Shown one piece after another: positions 56,601 to 64,000 of a DNA stretch of 64,000 nt (position 1 is the first letter of the stretch; the number at the start of each line of letters is the position of its first letter). The stretch comes from an uncultured Bacteroidales bacterium (GTDB lineage: Bacteria > Bacteroidota > Bacteroidia > Bacteroidales > Paludibacteraceae): the NCBI GenBank assembly GCA_900316995.1, contig ONEZ01000010.1:3712-67711 (forward strand), given 5' to 3'. The notes beneath the pieces were generated by a model. It was not told the DNA's origin. It saw only the letters and a list, made by a program, of their open reading frames with translations, and searched no databases. Both the position numbers and the translations under genes were made by a program.

Positions 56601-57007
56601 CATACGCCTAATGAATCCGGTCGTGCAGAAAAGGCTATGCCACCAGTGGTACCAGCTGTAGCGCTACCCACATTAATGCCGTCAAGATACGCCCATGCTA
56701 CACCAAGAGTCACCCATGACGGAGAAACCGCTTCAATTCCGAAGCCTCCGACTTTCGTACCCTGACATCTTACAGCATATTGTCCAGTGTGAGCATCATT
56801 TGTTCTTTCACCCACATTGAAGTCAAAACCAGCCTGGGAAACGTTTGACAGATTCCATGAGTCTGGTTGCGGTTTACCGTTCCAGGAACTATTCCATGCT
56901 TCAAAACCAGCATTAGGGAGCTGATACTGCGCACTTGCTGAAACCACTGGAAGTAGTAACAATACAAATGTAAAATTAACTAATTTTTTGATAAAATTCT
57001 GTATCAT
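47693..57007 (-). CDS. Giant surface protein B (3104 aa): same architecture as A but with ~15 + ~15 cadherin-like repeats
   Basis: It has the signal peptide MIQNFIKKLVNFTFVLLLLPVVSASA and PCMD-like domains at aa ~28-270 and ~1560-1790 (nt ~51640-52330). I parsed ~30 repeats by hand. The C-terminal ~100 aa are homologous to protein A. Confidence 0.8.
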   Translation of the reverse strand: MIQNFIKKLVNFTFVLLLLPVVSASAQYQLPNAGFEAWNSSWNGKPQPDSWNLSNVSQAGFDFNVGERTNDAHTGQYAVRCQGTKVGGFGIEAVSPSWVTLGVAWAYLDGINVGSATAGTTGGIAFSARPDSLGVWMKRGTAGGNEDMNIVYYSWHGTATNNKYGNKNGGCTTTQRVDEESDICKSDGNECQSPSGDAVQVAQGWLRSRVNYGNWTLVKVPIKYFNNDRPTKMNIILSGSNYPNKRANSGQYTTSWMIVDDVHLIYSSQIYEMRFNGMAYSKFKKDKYEYTYELTGDEMPVITCFRSDRQLSGSEISIQYGTKDGTPTTITVKAEDGSSTSTYKIYFVSKRDTNQYPTSIKVNGTELSGFNAYVSDYTVSLPYGTEQKPVIDVVKANNKQTVEISSYTIPGTAKVTVYAENTDYSVTYNIKFELKGLSDTTLKDILVNGVSIEGFSPTKTFYKVNVPVGTTGAQQITYVSAYPEGAQTIVVDSRDISETSTITVSAPEATSSRVYKISYNVTESAYSYLQDLKVGGVTIPGFAPATLSYSCPLPLGTTSVPAVTWTSGDNYQTITKEDGGIDGITKITVKAQNGINTSIYRISFPLTKSSNSKLSDLKVGGVTLPDFSADVTSYSYVLPVGTTELPAVTWIQGDDYQSVRVIYGGVNGTTKIIVTAQDGTVTTYSIAFSVTQATNSTLKDIKVGGESIQGFSPDVTEYSIVLSRGTKVLPEITYTPYDNLQQITKKEGGVNGVTTIRVKAQSGDVTTYSLTFSVEKSDNVLLADIKVGGVTISGFAPDVFEYDYELEAGTTVLPEITYTPGDEYQRVYVNKGGVKGVTTLRTIAETGDGRTYSINFSVQKSESANLKNIFIDGVALEGFTPDNYSYTYTLSPQAVVCPAITVEKDGNQDVVITKPQLEGTANIKVVPEEGAVNVYVIKFVSAEGGNCNLADISVNGVTVEGFNPETTEYRIRLAQGTHSLPAIKFVKGDEKQRVELVEGSVNGTSTISVMAENGNTKIYYLKFSTEKSSDGLLSDILIDGVSIEGFNPEVYEYTYYMEKGQACPSVVAVKSNTSSRLNEVIPSFNGDAIFYVTSEDGTERATYTVHFTYKVDTNALLSGISVNGTEIEGFSGDVFDYEVEAKKGSVPVVAYTKATESQIVILSNDGKYAVITVLAENGSKSVYNVRFTEKAETNALLSDLQLYNAQTQNFESISGFAPETFDYNVTLPKGAADICAVNCVGSNGQSYIIKYGRLGTPTVITVIAADGVTAKDYTVTLNREKSSVCTLDDIKVGGVSVDSFDPEVTSYVVELGNDNKKGVISYLKSDCYSKVVVSDSTSVNASVIKVIAENGDVKTYTLKFKYHFDGEDNTLKSILVNGLPVSGFAADKFDYVADIDEGVAPVITVIKNYNEQRVSVATLGLNKSVITVHSNQDNVDDAVYTISYNHLKKWNVLSKIEIDGNAIGNFDPYKTKYVVLVNDVPASVIAELPDGTQIAATEQTTNYIRFKTSGTGTLSAVTYDLYLHYTTDVIPNGEFTEWTTASVNTSAKKPVGWTVPADFAVRPEPDGWIHRDNVEYFTTSYPVRQGNGYAELTSVRNYWYLGGRFPGIMSIGSMNVQVSLAGESVTEIGEGITFRNTPDDISFRYNPVTTNSDVIGMSDNIRIMCTLSDGSSTQTFQHTDGTYNNTWKTYTKGLGFNLKTPKTLNLWVNSSKYDNAKSFDKYGSLTNFKVATGSQLRVDYIRLVYSSKINSIKVNGTVAALSGTSATATIDADYCGLPEISITGAVDDQMYNISYGKEVDGVRKVNIRSYAEDMSYTDYTLTITRPKSSVADVKSVKINGADLAGFDPSVTEYSVTVPDIRFMPDIVVGSASNHQVLNVEYTSGKTVINAQSEDGSSSKTYTINFAEEGAADATLTNISVEGYSIAFTPDNEEYNVELAAGSTCLPVTSFSKKYDAQTVEMTEGGINSATQFVVKSADGNSQKSYKVNFSVLPMSNTSSKLSSMMVTGATEQIAFDPDVKEYTYSKPYDEAAAVAYAREFAEDDMIVTVNSDSVVWQLSNAVSASSNKYKLTFDNVKSNNVKLSDIKLNGVTLEDFNPNVTEYTVPVTLYNNRQIDAYLAEAEQTLSSEYDELSGVYKFTVTAANGTDTQVYTVAIEAERNTNNTLSDIKLGGTSIAEFDPQKNEYNINLPVGTTDVPEVWASGGALGQTLSATIGGINESSLVNVTSESGNENTYVLNFSVIPSDNALLSRISANYEPLPDFEPEKFNYVVEVASGKEDPVITYLKGDPYQTVETETTDSEFIINVTAASGAKNKYVVAFDRKLASGSDLADITLDGVSLEGFAPKNYEYSVKLPAGTVTLPTIETVMGDFGQVITVTTNGLDGDAIINVVSQDGSNTSTYTIHFSVEKSDNADLSMIYTDGVEIEGFNPEQTLYSITLPVGRTDIPEVTFDAGHPAQKIVKSVEGTKVTINVKAENGNEKNYVVDFTVVLSTDATLNMIYVDGIQIEGFSKETLEYSLTLPLGTDLSKVEVSYDKGTEWQTVNQSRLDNVENIHVVAQNTDYSQTYSVALNVEKSTNTALSDLMSGGKTVEGFEPEKTDYVIILPIGTETIPEVTYIAGDEYQTIEKTVSVDGLIHTVTVTAQNLDKRVYVVRYERELSHNATLKSITLGDERQLIPSFDGDVFLYEVKLPYNAKSVPSIDYEKGEDEQTVETDYTTSVTGVSTIKVTAADGVTSNTYTIKFSLLPCDVTTLDMIYYNGKNVPDFLPEDNDYEVNLPYGTVDAPEVTFDFSVPGSQSASVVTTGTQNGWKSVISVKAESGDENEYTVIFKVMPDSETRLSDIKTFGKSIVGFNPEIDSYSFELEAYSDSTLLPYPKDVEYVKMSSNETVEVSQPSRECVILKVTAPSGAVRSYVIKTTIRVSDNAHLAAILYKDALIDGFEPDVYEYTIKLPFGSNTIDKELVTYKTQEPGQTVMVVKNNLDVELQVTAQDGETYQIYTIHFVPDDFDPTVVPTQNEVCVTSTADGGWKFTTKCKNLTVIITDLAGRFLSIAELPSVDPNCEDICSPDAEGYVYYGVKNQVVTYNFLYAQKQRVLTGKLRCR

Positions 57008-57174
57008 TTTATTAAATTTAAGATTAGCTTTAGTAGTATTTACACATTATTATAGAAAAGGGTATACTTCGGGCACAAAAATAGTTAAATTATTTTCGCT
57101 AAAAAAAAGCGAAATGTTAAAATTTTTATGAAGTACTGTTTTTTAACATTTGATTCAAGGATATGTAATAAAAA

Positions 57175-57204
57175 AGAAACAAAGGGGCATTCCCCTTTGT
57201 TTCT
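57175..57204. terminator. Bidirectional terminator-like hairpin (13-bp stem)
   Basis: The hairpin agaaacaaagggg-catt-cccctttgtttct is flanked by an A-run and a T-run. It lies between the PG0541-like gene and the promoter region of giant gene B. Confidence 0.7.
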
Positions 57205-57210
57205 TTTTTA

Positions 57211-57313
57211 TCAACTTTACGTCAAGGCTTCGCCTTTCCGTGATTACTTGCTGCGCTCGGCATAATTGAAACAAGTTTCATTTCTGCTCTCGCTTGCGGC
57301 GTAATTCAACTGT
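57211..57313. repeat. Interspersed ~105-bp intergenic repeat, copy B
   Basis: See copy A at 7317-7420. Copy B ends 2 nt from the stop codon of the PG0541-like gene. Confidence 0.85.
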
Positions 57314-57314
57314 A

Positions 57315-57608
57315 TTAAACCGTGGCTTCCACGTTCCAAACAAAGGCCCTCACACCCACCTCCTTGTTCCTAAGGTCAAGTTTGTGAACGGTTTTTAGAA
57401 GTTCCGGGACTTTCTCATCATCAACCACAGTGATAACAGCTGAATTCATTTCCGGCCAGCAGTGAGTGCCACGGCGAGGCTCGCCTCCGTTTGTACCTCT
57501 ACCCTGCACCTCTTCAAACATAGTGAATCCGTTTATTTTAAGCTCATCAAGCAAATACTCCACTCTCTCCGTATTTGCCTGATTAAATACTATAAATACT
57601 GCTTTCAT
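57315..57608 (-). CDS. PG0541-family (P-II-like) transporter-associated small protein
   Basis: This 97-aa ORF starts at the ATG at 57608 (MKAVFIVFNQ...). Its size, ferredoxin-like pattern and position downstream of an RND pump match the PG0541 family as I recall it. Confidence 0.6.
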   Translation of the reverse strand: MKAVFIVFNQANTERVEYLLDELKINGFTMFEEVQGRGTNGGEPRRGTHCWPEMNSAVITVVDDEKVPELLKTVHKLDLRNKEVGVRAFVWNVEATV

Positions 57609-57633
57609 AATTTCCTTTAATACAATTTTCAAA

Positions 57634-57814
57634 ATTCTACAATTTTCAAGAAGGAAATTATGAAATCTTTCCTTCTTTTATGAGGCTTCGCCTCTCCTCG
57701 TGCTGCGCACGGAGGGCTGACGCCCTCTGTCGCTACGCTCCTTAATTATTTTATCATTCTACAATTTTCAAGAAGGAAATTATGAAATCTTTCCTTCTTT
57801 TATGAGGCTTCGCC
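57634..57814. repeat. 122-bp-period tandem duplication (two identical 59-bp copies at 57634-57692 and 57756-57814), each with a 10-bp-stem hairpin
   Basis: The unit is attctacaattttcaagaaggaaattatgaaatctttccttcttttatgaggcttcgcc, repeated identically as far as I can read. The hairpin is aagaaggaaa/tttccttctt. The spacer carries further GC-rich hairpins (gagggc-tgac-gccctc). Confidence 0.9.
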
Positions 57815-57817
57815 AAA

Positions 57818-60800
57818 TCAACTCTCCTCCAACTGCATGAAGATATATTCCTTCCGCTTCTCCGCATCCCTGTCACGCTCTCCATGACGTGATATTGCCG
57901 CGTAGAATATAGGAACAACCAACATTGTCACTACAGTTGACACAAGCAGACCACCTATAACAACTATACCCATAGGCTGCCACATTTCAGAACCCTCACC
58001 TTGGCTGAGTGCCATTGGAACCATACCAAGAAGTGTTGTAAAGGCTGTCATAAGAACAGGACGCAGACGTGACGCACCTGATATTTTAATAGCCTCATTA
58101 AGTTCATATCCACGTTCTCGCATAAGATTTATATAGTCAACAAGCACTATACCGTTTTTAACGGCTATACCAACAAGCATTACTATACCCAAAGCACCAA
58201 TCATATCAAGAGTCGTATGAGTTATCCACAAGGCAAGCACAGTACCAGACAACGCAAACGGTATAGAACCAAGCATTATGATGAACGGCTTGGAGAATGA
58301 TTCAAACTGCGATGCCATAACCACATAAACAAGCAGTATTATCAAAGCACCGAGAAGCAATATATCACCAAATGTATCTTGCTGGTCTTCATAATCTCCA
58401 GCATAACGCACTGTTACGCCAGCAGGTCTGTCAAGTTTCTCCATTGCCTTCTGTATATCAACAGCCAGTTCGCCAAGAGATGTGTTATACGGAGTAACAG
58501 CCACTGTCACACAACGCTGACGAGTCTTGCGTTCAATCTCAGGCGGCTGGAAATACTCTACCACACGAGCAATTTCATTAAGTTTAACCAACGCTCCTGA
58601 AGGAGTAGGAATTGTGAGATTTTCTATCTTAGAGATTGAATTCCTATCATCCTCAACAAGACGTACAACTATGTCATACTCATCACCGTCCTCCTTCAAG
58701 AAACCAGCTGTATATCCGTTAACACGGTTACGGACGTACGTGGAAACCATTGCTGATGTCAGACCATGACGTGACGCCTTCTCCTTATCAACAACTATTT
58801 TAAGTTCCGGACGGTCATCCTCACGACTGATGTCTATATCTCGCGCGCCTGCCACCTCTGTCTGAATCAGACGTTTAACATCCTGAGCATATTTGTTGGT
58901 AACATCAAAATCATAACCATATATTTCAACATCAACGGTTGACGCGCCACCACCCATGCCGCTTGAAACCTGACACGTGTAATCAATTATCTCAGGATAA
59001 CGCTGCATCTCTTTACGCAAGGCTTCAGCGATGTCAAATATTGAACGATCACGCTCATATTTTTTTGTACATCTGATACGCATCTGTATCTTATTGTTTG
59101 ACGTATTATTTATAAGAGCCGCAAAACCAGCATCGTCGGCAGAACCTGTGGTGGTACTTATAAGAATAATTTCAGGAGCAAGAACCTCAAAACGCTCTTC
59201 GAGTGTACGGCTTAACTTCATAGCCTCCTCCACTCTGGTGGTTTGATGCAGTTCTATATTCACAGTCAGACGACCGTTATCCGTCTGTTGCATAAAGTCT
59301 GTACCCACCCAGCCCAAAATCATTGGCGATATGGAAGCAATGAAGAACAGTATTGTTACAATTATAGTAACAACTTTATGGTTAAGACACCAGCCAAGAA
59401 CACGCGCATAAAACGCATCCACCTTATCAAGGAATCCCACCACATATTTCTGATACCAGCCTGCCTGAACACTCTCCTCTATAAGTTTACCATTCTCAAC
59501 CCTCACCTTCTTGGCTCTCAGTAATTTAGAGCAAAGCATTGGCGTAAGAGTTATAGCCACCGTGGTTGAAGTACATACAGTGATGGTAACAATCCAGCCA
59601 AGTTCCTTGAACATAATACCTGCCATACCCGTAAGCATCGTTAAAGGCACAAACACAGCACAGGTAACAAGAGTTGTAGCTATTACAGACACCCAAACCT
59701 CATTTGTCGCGTAAATGGCGGCCTCACGTGGATTTGAGCCTCTTTCAATATGCTTAGTAATATTTTCAAGCACAACTATGGCATCGTCCACAACCATACC
59801 TATGGCTATTGTAAGAGAGCAAAGGGAAATAATATTAATTGACCTGCCGGCAAACTGCAAGTAGATAAACGCTACTATAAGGGCGATAGGAATGGTTATT
59901 CCTATTATGAATGTCGCACGCCACCTGCCAAGGAAGAACAGAACCACCAAAACCACAAACAAAAGCGCATACATAATAGACTCTTCAAGAGAATTAATAG
60001 AGTTCTGTATGTTCTCTGATGAATCATATATAGTCTGAATCTTAACATCAGGCGGCAAGGTCTTTTTTATCTCTTCAATTTTCTTGTTTACATCACGGCA
60101 AATCTGCACTGTATTGGCTCCAGACTGCTTCATTATTATCAGTCGCACACCATCGCCACCGTTAAGTTTCTCATCAAGCGATACGTCTTTAATTGTATCT
60201 CTTACAGTGGCTATATCCCTCACATACACCTGCTTACCTGCCTTTGTAGTTGTTATGACAAGGTCTTCTATCTCCTTGCTCTCAACAAATTCACTACGCA
60301 CCTGAAGCTGATACTGCTCCTCCAGCATTTTAATCTTACCAGATGACATATTAAGGTTATTGGCACTAATAGCCGAACCTACAGTTTCAAGGGGTATGCC
60401 GTAAGAATCAAGTTTTTCCTGGTCTATATCTATATACACATAACGTTCCGGCTCTCCAGACATAGATATGTTACCAATGCCATTCACCTGATTTAGCATA
60501 GGAATCACCTCATCATCAAGCAGTTTCTCAAGCCCTGGGTATGTTTCATCAGCCGTGACAGCAAATTGCGCTATAGGCATTGAACTTGAACTGAGTTTGA
60601 AAATAATAGGAGTGGAAGCTCCGTCTGGAAGATTATCCTTAGCCATCTCTATATAGGAACGCACATCATTTGAGGCCTCATCAAGATTCCACCCCCACTG
60701 GAACTCAAGTGTGACAACTGATATATTATCCTTTGATTTGGATGTGAGTTCCTTCAGACCGTCAACAGAGTTAAGAGTGTTCTCCATCAGTTTGGTTACA

Positions 60801-60985
60801 TTGGTCTCTATCTCAGACGCATTAGCTCCGGGATATGTGGTCATAACCATAATGTACGGAGGATCTATCTCAGGAAACTGGTCAATTGGGAGCTTTAGAA
60901 AAGAGAAGACACCCAATATTATCACTGCCGCAAAAATAAGCACGGTTGAAACCGGCTTATCAATAGCTGTCTTATATATACTCAT
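57818..60985 (-). CDS. RND efflux transporter permease (AcrB/HAE1-like)
   Basis: This 1055-aa ORF has 12 predicted TM segments with two large periplasmic loops. Its N-terminus (AIDKPVSTVLIFAAVIILG) is typical. Confidence 0.93.
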   Translation of the reverse strand: MSIYKTAIDKPVSTVLIFAAVIILGVFSFLKLPIDQFPEIDPPYIMVMTTYPGANASEIETNVTKLMENTLNSVDGLKELTSKSKDNISVVTLEFQWGWNLDEASNDVRSYIEMAKDNLPDGASTPIIFKLSSSSMPIAQFAVTADETYPGLEKLLDDEVIPMLNQVNGIGNISMSGEPERYVYIDIDQEKLDSYGIPLETVGSAISANNLNMSSGKIKMLEEQYQLQVRSEFVESKEIEDLVITTTKAGKQVYVRDIATVRDTIKDVSLDEKLNGGDGVRLIIMKQSGANTVQICRDVNKKIEEIKKTLPPDVKIQTIYDSSENIQNSINSLEESIMYALLFVVLVVLFFLGRWRATFIIGITIPIALIVAFIYLQFAGRSINIISLCSLTIAIGMVVDDAIVVLENITKHIERGSNPREAAIYATNEVWVSVIATTLVTCAVFVPLTMLTGMAGIMFKELGWIVTITVCTSTTVAITLTPMLCSKLLRAKKVRVENGKLIEESVQAGWYQKYVVGFLDKVDAFYARVLGWCLNHKVVTIIVTILFFIASISPMILGWVGTDFMQQTDNGRLTVNIELHQTTRVEEAMKLSRTLEERFEVLAPEIILISTTTGSADDAGFAALINNTSNNKIQMRIRCTKKYERDRSIFDIAEALRKEMQRYPEIIDYTCQVSSGMGGGASTVDVEIYGYDFDVTNKYAQDVKRLIQTEVAGARDIDISREDDRPELKIVVDKEKASRHGLTSAMVSTYVRNRVNGYTAGFLKEDGDEYDIVVRLVEDDRNSISKIENLTIPTPSGALVKLNEIARVVEYFQPPEIERKTRQRCVTVAVTPYNTSLGELAVDIQKAMEKLDRPAGVTVRYAGDYEDQQDTFGDILLLGALIILLVYVVMASQFESFSKPFIIMLGSIPFALSGTVLALWITHTTLDMIGALGIVMLVGIAVKNGIVLVDYINLMRERGYELNEAIKISGASRLRPVLMTAFTTLLGMVPMALSQGEGSEMWQPMGIVVIGGLLVSTVVTMLVVPIFYAAISRHGERDRDAEKRKEYIFMQLEES

Positions 60986-62013
60986 AAACCTTTTTCCTCC
61001 GTATTTACTATAATGTGTGAACCGTCAACCAAACGACCTTGGCCAACTGTTATTATCTCATCGCCCTCCTTTACATCTCCAATAATCTCAACATATTTAT
61101 CAAAGCGCTGTCCAAGCTCAACCTCCACACGTTTAGCCACATCACCATCGCGAAGGAATATGTAACGATTATTTGAACCAATTAGCTTTAGAACAGCCTG
61201 ATAAGGCACAACAATGGTTGACGCCTTGCCAACAGGAAGCGTAGTGCTGACATACATACCAGGACGCAAAGTTTCAGAGGCGTTTGGAATTTTCACTTTA
61301 ACAGTAAATGTATGCGAGCTGACGTCTATTGTAGGATAGACAATCTCCACTGTCCCTTTAAAGTTCCTATCAGGATATATCTCCGACTTTAGCGATATAG
61401 GCATACCCACCTTAATCTGAGGAAAATACAGTTCAGGAATATTTATATACGCCTTGAGCATATCTATTTTTGCCAAATTAAGTATCGGCTGACCAGCACA
61501 AAGCTCACCGTTTTCAAAATTCTTAGCCGTTATCACACCAGCAAAATCAGCTTTTACAAAAGTGTTCTTTTCATAAAGAGCCAATGTCTCACCTAATTGA
61601 TCATACTGAACCTTAGTTTGGTCATAACTCTGCTGAGATATGCTTCCAGCCTCTTTCAACGCCTGCATACGTCCCATTTCCACGCCAAGATTTGCATACT
61701 GCAACTTGTAGTTAGTATATTGGGTAGGATCCATACGCACCAGCAGCTGTCCTTTTGAAACCTTGTCGCCAACCTCCACAAATATATGGTCTATTATACC
61801 ACTTACTGTGGAAGATACATTCATAGTCTCATAGCCCTGCAACGTGGTAGGCAAATTGATTTCACGGTCAATCTCCCTCTTCTCTATTTTCTCTACTTCA
61901 ACCTGCTCTTTCTTAACGTTTTCAGAGGTCTCAGTTTCAGCAGCCTTTTTAGAACATGAAACAAAAACAACTCCTAACGTCAACACTAAAATAAGTTTGT
62001 TTATTTTTTTCAT
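60982..62013 (-). CDS. RND efflux periplasmic adaptor (membrane fusion protein)
   Basis: It has a lipoprotein signal (VFVSCS) and biotinyl-lipoyl/beta-barrel patterns (V.G.I..I.V..GD.V.KGQLL). It overlaps the pump gene by 4 nt. Confidence 0.9.
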   Translation of the reverse strand: MKKINKLILVLTLGVVFVSCSKKAAETETSENVKKEQVEVEKIEKREIDREINLPTTLQGYETMNVSSTVSGIIDHIFVEVGDKVSKGQLLVRMDPTQYTNYKLQYANLGVEMGRMQALKEAGSISQQSYDQTKVQYDQLGETLALYEKNTFVKADFAGVITAKNFENGELCAGQPILNLAKIDMLKAYINIPELYFPQIKVGMPISLKSEIYPDRNFKGTVEIVYPTIDVSSHTFTVKVKIPNASETLRPGMYVSTTLPVGKASTIVVPYQAVLKLIGSNNRYIFLRDGDVAKRVEVELGQRFDKYVEIIGDVKEGDEIITVGQGRLVDGSHIIVNTEEKGL

Positions 62014-62027
62014 ATTATGTTTGTTTA

Positions 62028-63320
62028 TTATTGTATATTTAGCAAATCCTTAAGTGACAGGTAGGCCTCAACCGTTGAGAGCAGCGCAGACACATAGCTG
62101 GTCTGAGCGTTTATAAGGCTCTGGCTGGCGGTGGTCACATCAGTACTGGAACCGTAGCCGTACTCAAACTTCTTTGATGTATTGTCAAGCACTTTCTGAC
62201 ACACCTCGATGTTCTTTTCCTGCACCTTAAACTTATCATACGCATTCTTGAGGTTATAACGCAACTGATAGTTTGAAATATTCAGTTTGTCTTCTGTCTC
62301 CTTCTGTGTGTTTTCAGCCGCCTCACGAGCCCAGCGTTTCTCTTTTATTGAATAAGTGTTCTTACCCGATGTCCACAAAGGTATGCTAAGTGACACACCC
62401 ACAACATTAGGTGGAGTATTGTTAAAGCCAGCCTCCTTGCCAAAATAGGTTTTAGCAGAATACTGGTAATATGCGCTAAGCGTAGGCACAAAGCTCATTG
62501 CCGCAAGCACCTCCTGTTTCTTAGCAAGTTCAGTCTGTTTGACAACCAACTGGTAGTCATAGTTATTCTCTATATTGAACTCTCTATCAAGAATAAGCTG
62601 AGTTTCATCTGGTTTTATAAGATTATCAAAGCCATCAGTAAGTTCTATATTCTCATCCATACCCAGGCCAAGATAGAGACGCATCATACTTGTAAGCACC
62701 TCCTTATTCACCTTGGTATCGCTTATCTGAGTCTCAAAACTGTTCACCTGCACCTCTATCTGGTCAGCCGATGTCTGTTCTGCCGCACCCACATCAACAG
62801 CCTTCTGCGCACGCTGATGCAGTGTTTTAAGGTTCTCATAGTTCTTCTCCAGAAGTTTAAGAGTTGACTCCATTGTAAGAATTGAATAGTAAGTAGTAAC
62901 CACATTATTTATTATGGTTTGCTCACTCTTCTTAGCCGTTATGTCAGCCATCTTAACCGCAATATTACTAATAACAGCCCCCACAACCATTGTACCTGAA
63001 ACTGCCATTGAAGCCTTAACCCCAAAAGTTCCGTAAGGGTTCATCGGGACACCCAAACCCATAAGCTCCATCTCATAGCCACACATGTTCATATAGTCAA
63101 GCGACGCACTTGCCTGTGGCAGCATAGTTGCTATAGACTGCCAGCGTGCTGCGTACTTCTGCTTTATAGCCAGTGAAGCATTCTGCAGGGTACGGTTGTG
63201 CTCCAGTGCAAACTTTTTTGCATCTTCAAGAGAAAGAGCAAGCGTATCCTCTGTCTGCACCTGGGCAAAAGCCAAGCTGGCAAGCATAAACGCACTCAAC
63301 GCAAAAATTAACCTTTTCAT
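62028..63320 (-). CDS. TolC-family outer membrane efflux protein
   Basis: This 430-aa ORF has a signal peptide and two repeated OEP halves (LSLEDAKKFALEHNRTLQNA...). Confidence 0.88.
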   Translation of the reverse strand: MKRLIFALSAFMLASLAFAQVQTEDTLALSLEDAKKFALEHNRTLQNASLAIKQKYAARWQSIATMLPQASASLDYMNMCGYEMELMGLGVPMNPYGTFGVKASMAVSGTMVVGAVISNIAVKMADITAKKSEQTIINNVVTTYYSILTMESTLKLLEKNYENLKTLHQRAQKAVDVGAAEQTSADQIEVQVNSFETQISDTKVNKEVLTSMMRLYLGLGMDENIELTDGFDNLIKPDETQLILDREFNIENNYDYQLVVKQTELAKKQEVLAAMSFVPTLSAYYQYSAKTYFGKEAGFNNTPPNVVGVSLSIPLWTSGKNTYSIKEKRWAREAAENTQKETEDKLNISNYQLRYNLKNAYDKFKVQEKNIEVCQKVLDNTSKKFEYGYGSSTDVTTASQSLINAQTSYVSALLSTVEAYLSLKDLLNIQ

Positions 63321-63325
63321 ATATT

Positions 63326-63922
63326 TTATTGTTTTGAATTCAAATAATACTCAAGCCCCTCACTGTTGCACACCAAACGCATATAAGCGTCAATCTTTAG
63401 CGCAAACAAATCATTATCGCCACCATCAATAACTGCCATCATCATATTATAAACAAGAGCCACAAAACTATCTCCGGCGGTCACATCTGCAAGTTCTCCC
63501 CTATACAAACCTTCCTGCACTCCCTTTATTATATTATTGCATATAATATTTTTTATAGCCTCCTTGTTACCTGCAACAAAAGCATTATGTATATCAGGAT
63601 AATATTTTACAAGGTCACGCATAAACTTTTCATGCTTAAGGCGACGTTTCTGAAGCGAAGGATGACGGAAAAAGAGCGCAACATCAATGGCATTAGCCGT
63701 CTGGCAATGCATGGCGTACTCCCTGTCCTCCTTTTTATTGGTTTCAGTAACGTGCTCAAGCACAGCGCTTACAAGCTCCTCCTTCTGGCGGAATTCCGTG
63801 TAGAATGTCTTTTTAGATATACGGAGAATATCACAGATGTCATCAATACTGACACTACGGATGCCGTATTTCAGGAACTCTGACTCGGCTGTTTTAAGTA
63901 TGTTCTGACGCAAGTTTCCCAT
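63326..63922 (-). CDS. TetR/AcrR-family transcriptional regulator
   Basis: It has the N-terminal HTH ILKTAESEFLKYGIRSVSIDDICDILRISKKTFYTEF. I used the ATG at 63922. It is first in the TetR-TolC-MFP-RND-PG0541 gene string. Confidence 0.88.
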   Translation of the reverse strand: MGNLRQNILKTAESEFLKYGIRSVSIDDICDILRISKKTFYTEFRQKEELVSAVLEHVTETNKKEDREYAMHCQTANAIDVALFFRHPSLQKRRLKHEKFMRDLVKYYPDIHNAFVAGNKEAIKNIICNNIIKGVQEGLYRGELADVTAGDSFVALVYNMMMAVIDGGDNDLFALKIDAYMRLVCNSEGLEYYLNSKQ

Positions 63923-64000
63923 ATTGATATATCTAAGCGGGTGCAAAGATAACACAATATGGGAAACCCGATGCAAAAATTAGCAAAAATTTTAAAAATA

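Noticed and set aside
57315-63922. The TetR-TolC-adaptor-RND-PG0541 locus as a novel system.
   Set aside because: It has the standard Bacteroidales multidrug-efflux operon composition. Only the repeat-filled gap before the PG0541-like gene is unusual, and that is reported separately.

Overview
This 64-kb chromosomal segment looks like a Bacteroidales (Bacteroidota) genome. TAnnTTTG promoter boxes sit 10-45 nt upstream of many starts. The tmRNA carries a GENNFALAA tag. There are T9SS-like C-terminal tails, a TetR/TolC/adaptor/RND/PG0541 efflux locus and a trpB-E-G-D-C-F-A operon. Most of the window is core housekeeping: ppdK, yggS, recF, rplS, zapA, rny, ssrA, cdd, an LptF/G-family permease, ribBA, murB, tRNA-Ser, thrS-infC-rpmI-rplT, nth, the trp operon, rng and HU. 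Three parts stand out. (1) Positions 42.7-57.0 kb hold two tandem giant paralogous surface-protein genes of 1602 and 3104 aa. Each is built as two [PCMD-like domain + run of cadherin-like repeats] modules and ends in a shared Cys-containing C-terminal domain. (2) Positions 28-34 kb hold an accessory islet between nth and the trp operon. It contains an AAA-ATPase/PD-(D/E)xK-like protein, a BspA-type LRR protein, an AbiEii/AbiEi type IV toxin-antitoxin pair, and a patchwork of diverged fragments of trpB, trpA, rng and nth, with nested direct repeats. (3) Positions 0.3-3.8 kb hold a cargo block (LuxR-type regulator, decayed PLP-enzyme gene, DAACS symporter) bracketed by a diverged remnant of the ppdK 3' end and the intact ppdK. 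In both (2) and (3) the remnants differ from the intact genes almost only at synonymous sites. That argues the DNA was imported from a related lineage rather than duplicated and decayed in place. Several unexplained repeat families and palindromic elements lie in intergenic regions. I saw no CRISPR array, rRNA, integrase or intact transposase. All similarity statements come from reading the sequence and recalling protein families; no database search was run.
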